Below are positions 19,123 to 27,881 of a DNA stretch of 64,000 nucleotides, piece after piece. The notes beneath the pieces are model-generated. The model did not search any database. It was not told the origin of the DNA and was given only the letters and a program-made list of their open reading frames with translations. Origin of the DNA: Candidatus Latescibacterota bacterium (lineage in GTDB: Bacteria > Latescibacterota > UBA2968 > UBA8231). The stretch spans positions 1,600,001 to 1,664,000 of the forward strand of contig OZ244561.1 in NCBI GenBank assembly GCA_965217585.1. The letters run 5' to 3'. Every line of letters starts with the position of its first letter. Position 1 is the stretch's first letter. A program made the position numbers and the translations under genes.

Positions 19123-20501
19123 TTTACGGGCATCCGCATCCCTACCAGCCGCGTCCCTCGCTCTCCCAGCACCCGCATCCTAAACGCGGCCCCTAGCTCA
19201 ATTTCTGCCAATGCATCCTCATAGTCTTCCACGGTTTCCACCTGTTCGTCGTTGATCTCCTGAATGAGCATCCCTCGGCGCAAATTCCGCTTCGCCGCCT
19301 CACTGCCTCTGGCCACCCGCACGATCACCACCCCAGATTCGTCTTCGTACCCCAAGCGTTCCGCCCACTCGTCCTTTAGGTTCTCCACCCTTAAACCCAG
19401 CGGCCCCCGCGCCTCGTTGGAATCTCGGGTACCGGCTGTCGAGGCGAGTACCTCTTCGGTCAGGGCTTCCAACTCGACCTTGATGCGCTTCCTCTCGCCA
19501 TCGCGCAACACCAGCAACTCGACCTCCACGCCGGGGGCCGTACGCCCGATTAGACTTCTCAGGTCGACCGCATTAGGCACGGGTTGCCCATCGACTTCCA
19601 GCACTATGTCGTCTCTTTTGACACCGGCCTTATCTGCCGCTCGCCCGGAACTCACGCCGGTGATCAACACGCCTTGGGTATTGTCCAGCCCCATGGCTTC
19701 GGCCAACAGCGGCTTCAAGTTGTCGATATTCACGCCGAGCAAACCGCGCCGCACCTCGCCGTGTTCAATAAGCTGCTCGGCCACGTCCTTGACTAAGTTG
19801 ATCGGAATGGCAAAGCCAATGCCTATATTGCCGCCGTCGTTGCTGGAGATGGCGGTGTTGATGCCCACGAGTTCCCCGCGCAAGTTGACCAGCGCACCGC
19901 CGCTATTGCCCATATTAAGAGCGGCGTCGGTCTGGATGAAAGAGCCGTACTCGGCCCCGAAACGCTTCCGCCCCAGCGCACTGACCGTGCCCATAGTCAC
20001 GGAGTGGGCAAAGGTCAAGGGATTGCCTATGGCCATTACCCACTCGCCCTCGCGTAGCTGGTCTGAGTCGCCCAATGTAACGGTGGGCAGGTCCTCGACA
20101 TCGATCCGCAGCACGGCGACATCGCTCAACGAATCGCGGCCAACCACCTCGGCCTCAAAGAAACGCGAATCCGTCACTTCTACGCGGATGTCGTCGGCGC
20201 GGCGAATCACGTGGTTGTTGGTGATGATGTACTGCTGGCCGTCAAATTCAGCGATCACGCCCGAGCCTTGGCCACGGCGAGGCTGGTTGGGGGCGCGGAA
20301 GGGCCTTCTCCACGGAAGGTCAAACACGCGGCCTTCCTCGGTGCCCTCCGTGGTGATTTTTACGACGCCGGGCTTGACCTGCGCGGCGAGTTCGGCGAAG
20401 CCGTCGCTCATCTGGCGCAGGAGCTGCAAGTTCTCGCTGGCTCGGGCATTGCCAGCCACGGCGAGGCTTAAAATGAACAGGGAAAAGCAAAACTTCCGCA
20501 T
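19119..20501 (-). CDS. DegP/DegQ (HtrA) serine protease with two PDZ domains
   Basis: Signal peptide from MRKFCF; triad motifs TNNHV, SDVAVL, GNSGGAL; two PDZ domains. Confidence 0.95.
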   Translation of the reverse strand: MRKFCFSLFILSLAVAGNARASENLQLLRQMSDGFAELAAQVKPGVVKITTEGTEEGRVFDLPWRRPFRAPNQPRRGQGSGVIAEFDGQQYIITNNHVIRRADDIRVEVTDSRFFEAEVVGRDSLSDVAVLRIDVEDLPTVTLGDSDQLREGEWVMAIGNPLTFAHSVTMGTVSALGRKRFGAEYGSFIQTDAALNMGNSGGALVNLRGELVGINTAISSNDGGNIGIGFAIPINLVKDVAEQLIEHGEVRRGLLGVNIDNLKPLLAEAMGLDNTQGVLITGVSSGRAADKAGVKRDDIVLEVDGQPVPNAVDLRSLIGRTAPGVEVELLVLRDGERKRIKVELEALTEEVLASTAGTRDSNEARGPLGLRVENLKDEWAERLGYEDESGVVIVRVARGSEAAKRNLRRGMLIQEINDEQVETVEDYEDALAEIELGAAFRMRVLGERGTRLVGMRMPVN

Positions 20502-20597
20502 GGGTATTTCCTCTCTGAAAAAGGGTGTGAAAATACGGATAATTTTCAATGTCCACAAAAAGAGACGACAAGCACTAAACTGCGGTTCCCGCTTTAG

Positions 20598-20634
20598 AAG
20601 CTATCTGGAAATTCCGGGTATGACCCGAGCGCGA
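20598..20634. repeat. Partial copy of the 12.8-kb MITE-like repeat
   Basis: 29/37 identity by manual alignment to 12836-12872, including exact TCTGGAAATTCCGGGT. Confidence 0.55.
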
Positions 20635-20841
20635 GCACTTATACGCCGACTTTAGGCGGTGCAATCTCGGTTCCCGCTCAGGCCGGCGGCTGGTGCCGCA
20701 CGGCCAACTGGCCTTCGTCGAGCACCACCTCAACCCGCGACCTCTCCGGCATGTCGCCGGCCACTTGACACATCTAACCCATAGAATGGGACATTGTGGC
20801 ACTTAAGACGTTGGAATGGGCAGAAAAGGCCGAGGGGGCCG

Positions 20842-22284
20842 TCAGACGAGACTCAAGCGAAAAAACATCACGGAAATGGCGGTGCCTTTCGCTAAGCCTG
20901 GGAAGAGGCCGCCGCGCATGGCGAGGCTGGTCTCCAAGAAGTGGATCTGCATAGACGACAGCACAAACGGGCCGAAGGCAAAGCCGATCGCCGAACTGCT
21001 GCTCCGCCCGCCCAGCGACAGGCCAATGCGGGCCGGCAACCAGTCCGCCAGCCAGTACTCGACCCCACTGGCCAGCCGCGGTCGAGTCCGCATCCCAAAC
21101 TTAGAGCTGAACGCCTGGTCCCAATTGCCGACCACCGTTAGCTGGGGCGTGGCCTGATAGGCCACCCCGAGCCGCAGCATGGCCGGCAGCGAGCGCGAGA
21201 AAGGCTTTTGGCCGATCTGCTTGGTGAAGTCTGGATCGCCGTCGCCGTCGAAATCCGGGTTGTCGAATACTTCCTCAATGGACCGCGAGTCCGCGTCCAA
21301 GAAGCGGGAGATGCGCAATTCGTTGGCCGCGAGAAAAATGGAATCTTGGCGCGCTCCCCTGCTCCAAGAGAAGGTGTCGAGCAGATTGAGCACACTGAAG
21401 CTGAAGGTCGTCTTGCGGTTTTTGCTCCGGCCAGCGATGCCAACGTCGAGGCCAACGCCGAGGCCCATTTTGGCGTGCTGGGCAATTAGCCAAGCGTCCG
21501 CCTCGGCACCGCCGACGCGACCCACGAGCCCGGTGCCGCCGGATTCGATAATTTCTCCGTAGCTGCCCATCGAGAGCTTGAGCGTACTGCCAACTGTGAA
21601 CTCGCTTAGATAGGGTGCGAGACGAGCAGGCAGGGCGGGCTTCGCCGCGGCGACATTGAGCGTGCCCACGGCCCATCCCGATCCATTCCAGTCGCTGATG
21701 TCGTACCCTTCGCTCTTGCCGGCGGCCAAGCGGTCCTCTGCAAACTCGTTGCCAAAAAAGAAAAGCTCTAACACGTCCTTGGGAATTTCGCTCTCGACCC
21801 CGCTGGTGAACCCCACGGCAATGGCCGAGCGCACTTGTCCGATGGCAAAGGCCACGCCCCCGTTGAGCGGGAGGCCCGCGACGACCGTCGGCTCGATATC
21901 CCCATTCATGCGCAGGCCCGCGTCTGGGATGTCGGCCAACAGCTTCTTTTTTCTTACTGGGCTGATGTAGTACGGGCTACCGTTGGGGGATACGCTATCG
22001 TTGGCGTCCGTGAAGTGGGCGTTGTACGCGGCAACCGACAAACTGTTGTTTTCGGCAATCAAGCAAAGGCCCGCGCCGAGCAAGTCCCAAGAGAACTTGC
22101 GGCTGTCCGCAAGCGCTAAGTTCGCCGGATTCCAGAAGACGGCTTCTGGCCCGCGGGCCAGTGCGGTATAGGCTTGGCCCAGCGCCATGGCCCGGGGGCT
22201 GGCGTCACCGGGAACGGCGGCCACCGGCCCGTAAGCCCCGGCGATGAGTAGAGCCGCTATAACGATCAATCCCTTGCCTTGCAC
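20842..22284 (-). CDS. Putative outer-membrane beta-barrel (FadL/PorV/DUF5723-like)
   Basis: Signal peptide, RAMALGQAYTALARG.EA.FWNPANL, SLPAMLRLGVAY, GVEY..W.P.R.G. Confidence 0.7.
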   Translation of the reverse strand: MQGKGLIVIAALLIAGAYGPVAAVPGDASPRAMALGQAYTALARGPEAVFWNPANLALADSRKFSWDLLGAGLCLIAENNSLSVAAYNAHFTDANDSVSPNGSPYYISPVRKKKLLADIPDAGLRMNGDIEPTVVAGLPLNGGVAFAIGQVRSAIAVGFTSGVESEIPKDVLELFFFGNEFAEDRLAAGKSEGYDISDWNGSGWAVGTLNVAAAKPALPARLAPYLSEFTVGSTLKLSMGSYGEIIESGGTGLVGRVGGAEADAWLIAQHAKMGLGVGLDVGIAGRSKNRKTTFSFSVLNLLDTFSWSRGARQDSIFLAANELRISRFLDADSRSIEEVFDNPDFDGDGDPDFTKQIGQKPFSRSLPAMLRLGVAYQATPQLTVVGNWDQAFSSKFGMRTRPRLASGVEYWLADWLPARIGLSLGGRSSSSAIGFAFGPFVLSSMQIHFLETSLAMRGGLFPGLAKGTAISVMFFRLSLV

Positions 22285-22291
22285 CTGTACC

Positions 22292-23863
22292 CTATTCGAC
22301 CAAGTCCTCGTTGAATTCCATGAAAATCACCGCTCCAGCCTCCACGGCGATGAAGTCGCTCCCCCGCATCACTACCTCGCGCGACGTCTTTTCCAACTCG
22401 ACCAGCATACCCGTATAGACGCCGTCCTCCCGCAGAAAGACCTGCACGTCTTCGTCCGAGAGCGCGATCCGTTGGTGGCTGAATGCACTCGCCACAACCT
22501 GCCCCTCGGAGCCGACATCGCCGGCACCCACCACAAAGGAACCCTGCTTGGGAATCCGCAGATAGCCGTTGGCCTCGTTGTCGGTGAATAGGTCTTCACT
22601 GCCGTACACATCTTCAACCTTCGGCGCGACCCACAGGCTGACGCGGATCGCGGTGGGCAGGTGATTTTCAATCGCGGTGATTACGGCGGCACTGTCGAGG
22701 CTGGCGTGGATACGGCGGCGGGCATCGTCGTCCTGTAGGCGGCGGAAGATCGGGTCGATCTCAATGCGGGTGTCTTCCGCTAGCTGAAAATGGCCCTGCG
22801 TTGCAAAGCGCACGTGGTCGATCTGCACCCAATGACTAGCGTCGATGACCTCCACCGCCTCGCCGTCGCCGATGCGCACGGTCGGCGCGACTGCGACTTC
22901 GGTCGGCAGCAGGTTGAGAAACTCGGTCAGCTCTGCGGAGGCTAGCGATAAGGTGAGTGACACCGGGTGGTCTGGGTCGCCGCGCTGGAACGCTGCGGAA
23001 ATCATCAGGGAACTCCGCTCGCCTTGGCCGTTGGTGCCCTCGATCTGGAGGTCAATGCGGCTGCGGAAACCAACGCCCGACGTCAAGCCGACTTCTAGGG
23101 CAACCGAGTTGAAGGCGATCTGGTCTAAGCCCGCGGGAAAATTGATCATGCGGGCGACTGGTGCGACCGGCAGGAGGATCTCGTCGAGCACCCCCTCGAC
23201 GCGGCTGAAGAGCAAACTCTCGGTCTCAGCCTCTAGCAGTAGCTCGTCGGTGGTGACAGCCTCGGCCAACTCGCCCTGCACTCGGTATGAAAACCGCAAT
23301 TCGAGGGGGTTCTGCGGAGCAAATTCGCTGCCGGCCAAGTCAAAGGACACGGTCTTGCTCTCGTTGGGGGCAAGCGCGTCGATGAGGAAGGCATGGGGCG
23401 TGCCGTCCGGCCTTGTGACATCGTCCAAGACCAGCTCGACCTGCAAAGGGATCGCGGTCTGGTTGGTCGCCTTGATAGTCAGATCTCCCTCGGCGATGAC
23501 TGCGTGCGCAATTTGGATGCGGTCGTCGGCAAAGGCGAGGACCTCGGTCTTGGCAATGGCATCGTCAGCCGGCCCAATCGGCACTGCCAAGGCCGTGGAG
23601 ACGAGCGCGACGCGAAGGCGGTCGCCGACTTCCTCGCGGTGGTTGAAGTCCGCGGTAAAATCTACCGCGAGCAGGCCCTCGTCGTCGATCTTCAGGAAGT
23701 CGGCGCGCTCGGCGGCCAAGTCCTGCACCGTCGTCCGATCGGCGGCGACCGGGATGCTGAGCTGGAAATTGGTGCTGGGAATTTGGGGGGAGTTTACCGC
23801 ACAGCCCGTCAACGCTCCGGCTCCTAGGAGCGCACTCAACCATCGGCACAGTACGGCAATCAT
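22292..23863 (-). CDS. Hypothetical acidic beta-rich lipoprotein
   Basis: Lipobox LTGC; 523-aa ORF between metK and the OM barrel gene. Confidence 0.7.
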   Translation of the reverse strand: MIAVLCRWLSALLGAGALTGCAVNSPQIPSTNFQLSIPVAADRTTVQDLAAERADFLKIDDEGLLAVDFTADFNHREEVGDRLRVALVSTALAVPIGPADDAIAKTEVLAFADDRIQIAHAVIAEGDLTIKATNQTAIPLQVELVLDDVTRPDGTPHAFLIDALAPNESKTVSFDLAGSEFAPQNPLELRFSYRVQGELAEAVTTDELLLEAETESLLFSRVEGVLDEILLPVAPVARMINFPAGLDQIAFNSVALEVGLTSGVGFRSRIDLQIEGTNGQGERSSLMISAAFQRGDPDHPVSLTLSLASAELTEFLNLLPTEVAVAPTVRIGDGEAVEVIDASHWVQIDHVRFATQGHFQLAEDTRIEIDPIFRRLQDDDARRRIHASLDSAAVITAIENHLPTAIRVSLWVAPKVEDVYGSEDLFTDNEANGYLRIPKQGSFVVGAGDVGSEGQVVASAFSHQRIALSDEDVQVFLREDGVYTGMLVELEKTSREVVMRGSDFIAVEAGAVIFMEFNEDLVE

Positions 23864-23882
23864 CTGCTAGCCGCTCAAGGCT

Positions 23883-25049
23883 CTATTTGATCCCCACGGC
23901 CTGGCGCAGCGGCTCAACCTTGTCGGTCCGTTCCCAGACGAACTCCGGCTCTTCGCGTCCAAAGTGACCGTAGTTGGTGGTTTTCCGGTAGATGGGTCGC
24001 CTCAGTTGTAGGACCTCAATGATGCCTTTGGGAGTTAGCTCGAAGACCTTTTCCACGGCCGCGGCGATCTCCTCGTCGGGCGCGACGCCCGTGCCAAAGG
24101 TATCGACCCGCACGGATACGGGTGCGGCCACGCCAATGGCATAGGCCAGTTGCACTTGGCAGCGAGCGGCCAAGCGGGCGGCCACCACGTTCTTGGCCAC
24201 GTAGCGCGCCATGTAGTGGGCACTGCGGTCCACCTTGCTGGGGTCCTTGCCGGAAAAGGCACCCCCGCCGTGAGGGCACGCGCCCCCGTAGGTGTCGACG
24301 ATAATCTTGCGGCCGGTCAATCCGCAGTCGCCGTGCGGCCCGCCGATGACAAAGCGACCCGTGGGGTTGACGTGGTATTGGGTGTCTGCGTCGAGCAGGT
24401 GGGTGGGGATTACTTCTTTTATGACCTGTTCAATCATGTCTTTTTCGATCTGCGCGTGACTGGCCTCGGGGGCGTGTTGGGTCGAGAGGACCACGGCCCC
24501 TACCCGCACGGGCTGGCCGTCGTCGTACTCGACAGTGACCTGAGACTTAGCGTCCGGGCGTAGATAGGAAATTTTCTCGTCCTTGCGCAGCCGCGTCAGA
24601 TGCTGCATCAGCGCGTGCGCGAGGGTAATGGGGAGCGGCATGAGTTGGGGGGTTTCGCGACAGGCATAGCCAAACATCATGCCTTGGTCGCCAGCGCCCT
24701 CTTCCTTGTGCAGCCCCTCGCCCTCGTTGACGCCCTGGGCTATGTCGGGCGATTGCTGGCCCAAGGCCACGAGAATATCGCACGAGCGAAAGTCAAAGCC
24801 TTGCTCGGGATCGCAGTAGCCAATATCGGCGATGACCTGCCTGACGAGGGCCTCGATGTCTAGGCGAGCTTCGCTTTTAACCTCGCCAGCGACGACGACT
24901 TGGCCGGTGGTAACTAGCGTCTCGCAGGCGACTCGTGCGTTGGAGTCCTCGGCGAGCATGGCGTCGAGCACGGCGTCGGAAATCTGGTCGGCAACCTTGT
25001 CGGGGTGCCCTTCGGACACGGATTCGGAAGTAAATATGTATTTGGACAT
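23883..25049 (-). CDS. metK: S-adenosylmethionine synthetase
   Basis: [39 protein letters not shown]. Confidence 0.98.
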   Translation of the reverse strand: MSKYIFTSESVSEGHPDKVADQISDAVLDAMLAEDSNARVACETLVTTGQVVVAGEVKSEARLDIEALVRQVIADIGYCDPEQGFDFRSCDILVALGQQSPDIAQGVNEGEGLHKEEGAGDQGMMFGYACRETPQLMPLPITLAHALMQHLTRLRKDEKISYLRPDAKSQVTVEYDDGQPVRVGAVVLSTQHAPEASHAQIEKDMIEQVIKEVIPTHLLDADTQYHVNPTGRFVIGGPHGDCGLTGRKIIVDTYGGACPHGGGAFSGKDPSKVDRSAHYMARYVAKNVVAARLAARCQVQLAYAIGVAAPVSVRVDTFGTGVAPDEEIAAAVEKVFELTPKGIIEVLQLRRPIYRKTTNYGHFGREEPEFVWERTDKVEPLRQAVGIK

Positions 25050-25068
25050 AGTGTATTCCCAAGCTCCT

Positions 25069-26835
25069 TCAGTTATACTTCTGACGCCAGAAGGGTACGT
25101 ACTCGCCGACGGCATCCTCCAAATGCCGCCGCACCTCAGCACCAGTGTCCATGGCCAAGCATTCGCTGGCGATCTGCTGTGCCTTTTCAGCGTGGATGGC
25201 GCGAATGACCTCCTTGACTTCCGGGATGAGCCCGGGGCTTAGGCTCAGACAATCCAGCCCGAGCCCGATCAAGAGCGTCGTGGCCAGGGGGTCGCCAGCC
25301 ATCTCGCCGCAGATGCTCACGGGCGTGTTGGTGCGCTGGCCGCTGTCGGCGACCATCTTGATCAAGCGCAGGACCGCCGGGTGAAACGGGTCGTAGAGCC
25401 AAGCTACTTTGCTCATGCCGCGATCCACGGCCAACGCGTACTGGGTCAGGTCGTTGGTGCCGAGGCTGAAAAAATCTACTTCGCCGGCAAAGTGATCGGC
25501 CATCAAGGCCACGGACGGCACTTCGACCATAATGCCCAGCTTGCAATGCTCGGCAAAGGGTCGCCCCGCCGCCCGCAGCTCGTCTTTGGTTTCCTCCAGT
25601 AACACCCGGATGCGCCGCAACTCGTTCAGGCTAGATATCATCGGCAATAAAATCTGAGCCTCGCCGTGTGCCCCGGCCCTGAGCAGGGCGCGTAGCTGCG
25701 TCTTGAATAGGTCTGGGGTATCGAGACAAATGCGGATGCCGCGCCACCCCAAGAAGGGATTGGCCTCGGGCGGCACCTCCAAGACGTGAGACAGCTTGTC
25801 GCCGCCCAAGTCCATGGTGCGGATCACCACGGGATGCGGAGCCAGCGATTCGACGAGGGCGGAATAGACCTTGAACTGCTCCTCCTCAGAGGGCAAGCGG
25901 TAGTTGAGATACAGGAACTCGGTGCGGTACATGCCCACGCCGCGGGCGCCGTGGTCGAGCGCCATCTGCACTTCGGTATTCACATCGACATTGGCCATCA
26001 ATACGATTTCCTGCCCGTCTCGGGTAACGGCGGGCAAGTTTCGACGCCGCTCTAGGTTGCGCTCGCGCCGAAGCTGACGCCGCCGCCGCGCCCGATAGCG
26101 CCGCTCGCCGAGGGCATCGGGCCGCAGGTGGACCTGGCCTTCGTTGCCATCGACGACCACCAAGTCGCCGTCCGCCACTTGCCGCGAACAGTCGCCGGTG
26201 CCGACGACCGTAGGTAGCTGCAACGAGCGAGCGATGATAGCCGTATGCGAAGCCGCGCCGCCAGCATCGAGCACCACGCCTTTGATCCGACGGCGCTCTA
26301 GGCGCACCATCTCCGAGGGCAGCAAGTCGTGGGCTAGGACAATCGTGTTGGCGCGGAGCGAATCGAGCGCTTTGACCTCGCCTCCCGCCAACCGCATCAA
26401 TACCTGGTTTTCGATATCCGCTACGTCGCTTATCCGCGCCCGCAGGTATTCGTTTTCAATGTTGCCGAAGGCCTCCTTGACTCTCTCCAACTCTTGGGCG
26501 TACGCCCGCTCGGCTGAATAGTTCTTGCCGAGGATCAACGCCTCGGTGCGCTCTTTTATAGATGGGTCCTCTAGCATGGCTAGCTGGGCGTCGAATATCT
26601 GCGCCAGTTCCTCTCCCTGCTCGCTGGCCACCCAGCGGCGAATGCGCCGAATCTCGTCCCCAGCTTGATGGAGTATGTTGCGAAAGCGCTCGACCTCCGC
26701 CCCAACCAGATGCTGCGCCACGCGTCGGCGGGTTATGACCGGGGCTCGCTTGTGGTATGCGAAAGCTCGGCCAATGCCAATGCCGGGGGAAACGCATATG
26801 CCATCGAAAACCCTATGTGTGCTGGTCGTGGTCAA
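25069..26835 (-). CDS. ptsI: PTS enzyme I (PEP-protein phosphotransferase)
   Basis: GGAASHTAI phospho-His, [35 protein letters not shown]. Confidence 0.96.
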   Translation of the reverse strand: MTTTSTHRVFDGICVSPGIGIGRAFAYHKRAPVITRRRVAQHLVGAEVERFRNILHQAGDEIRRIRRWVASEQGEELAQIFDAQLAMLEDPSIKERTEALILGKNYSAERAYAQELERVKEAFGNIENEYLRARISDVADIENQVLMRLAGGEVKALDSLRANTIVLAHDLLPSEMVRLERRRIKGVVLDAGGAASHTAIIARSLQLPTVVGTGDCSRQVADGDLVVVDGNEGQVHLRPDALGERRYRARRRRQLRRERNLERRRNLPAVTRDGQEIVLMANVDVNTEVQMALDHGARGVGMYRTEFLYLNYRLPSEEEQFKVYSALVESLAPHPVVIRTMDLGGDKLSHVLEVPPEANPFLGWRGIRICLDTPDLFKTQLRALLRAGAHGEAQILLPMISSLNELRRIRVLLEETKDELRAAGRPFAEHCKLGIMVEVPSVALMADHFAGEVDFFSLGTNDLTQYALAVDRGMSKVAWLYDPFHPAVLRLIKMVADSGQRTNTPVSICGEMAGDPLATTLLIGLGLDCLSLSPGLIPEVKEVIRAIHAEKAQQIASECLAMDTGAEVRRHLEDAVGEYVPFWRQKYN

Positions 26836-27104
26836 GTTTGCCCCTCGAATGTGCTCTCCAGCAGGGAGACCATGGCCTCGACGGCCGCATCCTCGTCCTC
26901 GCCCTCGGCCCGGACGGCGACTTGGGCACCTTGCTCGGCGGCCAGCATCATCACGCCCATGATGCTTTTGCCGTTGACCCCATCGACGTCGCCTTTGGAA
27001 AGGTAAATGTCGGCCTTAAACTGTGCCGCCCTCTGCACCAAGAGCGCGGCCGGACGAGCGTGAATACCCAGCGGATTGTTGATCGTGACCGTCTTTTCAA
27101 CCAT
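26832..27104 (-). CDS. ptsH: Phosphocarrier HPr
   Basis: GIHARPA (His15) and NGKSIMGVM (Ser46). Confidence 0.96.
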   Translation of the reverse strand: MVEKTVTINNPLGIHARPAALLVQRAAQFKADIYLSKGDVDGVNGKSIMGVMMLAAEQGAQVAVRAEGEDEDAAVEAMVSLLESTFEGQT

Positions 27105-27113
27105 GGCCCATTG

Positions 27114-27869
27114 CTACTCCTGTCCTTCTTTTGCGTGTACTGCCCGGCTCAGGGCGCACAAGCGCTGCTGATCGTCTTCGACGACGCTGCCCGTGACGAC
27201 GAAGCCCGCACCGGCCTCCACCTTGGCCCGCGCTACCCCCGGGTCGCGGATGCCGCCGCCGACGACGACCGGCACCGAGACGCAATCGGCTACCGCGCTC
27301 ACCATCTCGTCGGGCACAGACGCGCATGCGCCGCTGCCCGTCTCTAGGTAAATAAGCCGCATGCCCAAGTACTCGGCCGCCAAGGCGTGGGCCATGGCAA
27401 TGTCGATCTTGTCGCGCGGAATGGGCCGGGTATCGCTCATAAATTCCACGGATGTCAGGGTCCCGGACTCGACCAGCATATACCCGGTGGGAATGGCCTC
27501 AATGTCGTACTCGCGGATCAAGGGGGCGGCCTTGACGTGCTCGCCGATCAAGAGCTCGGGGTTGCGCCCGCTGATCAGCGACAGGAAGAGGATCGCATCG
27601 GCCGTAGGCACCACCTGGCCCGAGCTCCCGGGAAAGCTGATCACCGGCACATCGACCTTGGCCCGTACGCGCTCGAAACAGACCGCGTTGCGAGACGAGA
27701 ACATCAGGCTCGTGCCGATGAGGATGGCGTCGGCCCCGGCCGCAACGCAGCGCTGGGCGCGAGCCTCCAATTCGTCTGGAGCCAACCGATCTGGATCCAG
27801 CAAGGGCAGATAGCCAGCGCCACGGCGGTGGCGGATGTCCAGTAGGTGTTGCAGTACACTGCTAGTCAC
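27114..27869 (-). CDS. Geranylgeranylglyceryl/heptaprenylglyceryl phosphate synthase (group II-like)
   Basis: LLDPD, FPGS..QV...ADAILFLSLISGRNP..LIG.HV, PTGY.LV, YLETGSGA, VGGGIR. Confidence 0.92.
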   Translation of the reverse strand: MTSSVLQHLLDIRHRRGAGYLPLLDPDRLAPDELEARAQRCVAAGADAILIGTSLMFSSRNAVCFERVRAKVDVPVISFPGSSGQVVPTADAILFLSLISGRNPELLIGEHVKAAPLIREYDIEAIPTGYMLVESGTLTSVEFMSDTRPIPRDKIDIAMAHALAAEYLGMRLIYLETGSGACASVPDEMVSAVADCVSVPVVVGGGIRDPGVARAKVEAGAGFVVTGSVVEDDQQRLCALSRAVHAKEGQE

Positions 27870-27881
27870 GAATCAGCTCGT

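Noticed and set aside
19264-20655. Long plus-strand ORFs (463 aa here; also 49725-51077, 27835-28770, 58792-59748, 22845-23870 and others)
   Set aside because: Antisense shadows of well-supported minus-strand genes in GC-rich DNA; the translations have no recognisable motifs.
20765-20787. TTGACA...TAGAAT promoter-like pair, and a 9-mer ACACATCTA shared with 4151-4159
   Set aside because: The spacing is only 11 nt and points away from any plus-strand gene; a 9-mer match is too short to support.
25069-27104. Sugar PTS uptake system
   Set aside because: Only EI and HPr are present with no EII components in the window; an ordinary, probably regulatory, PTS.
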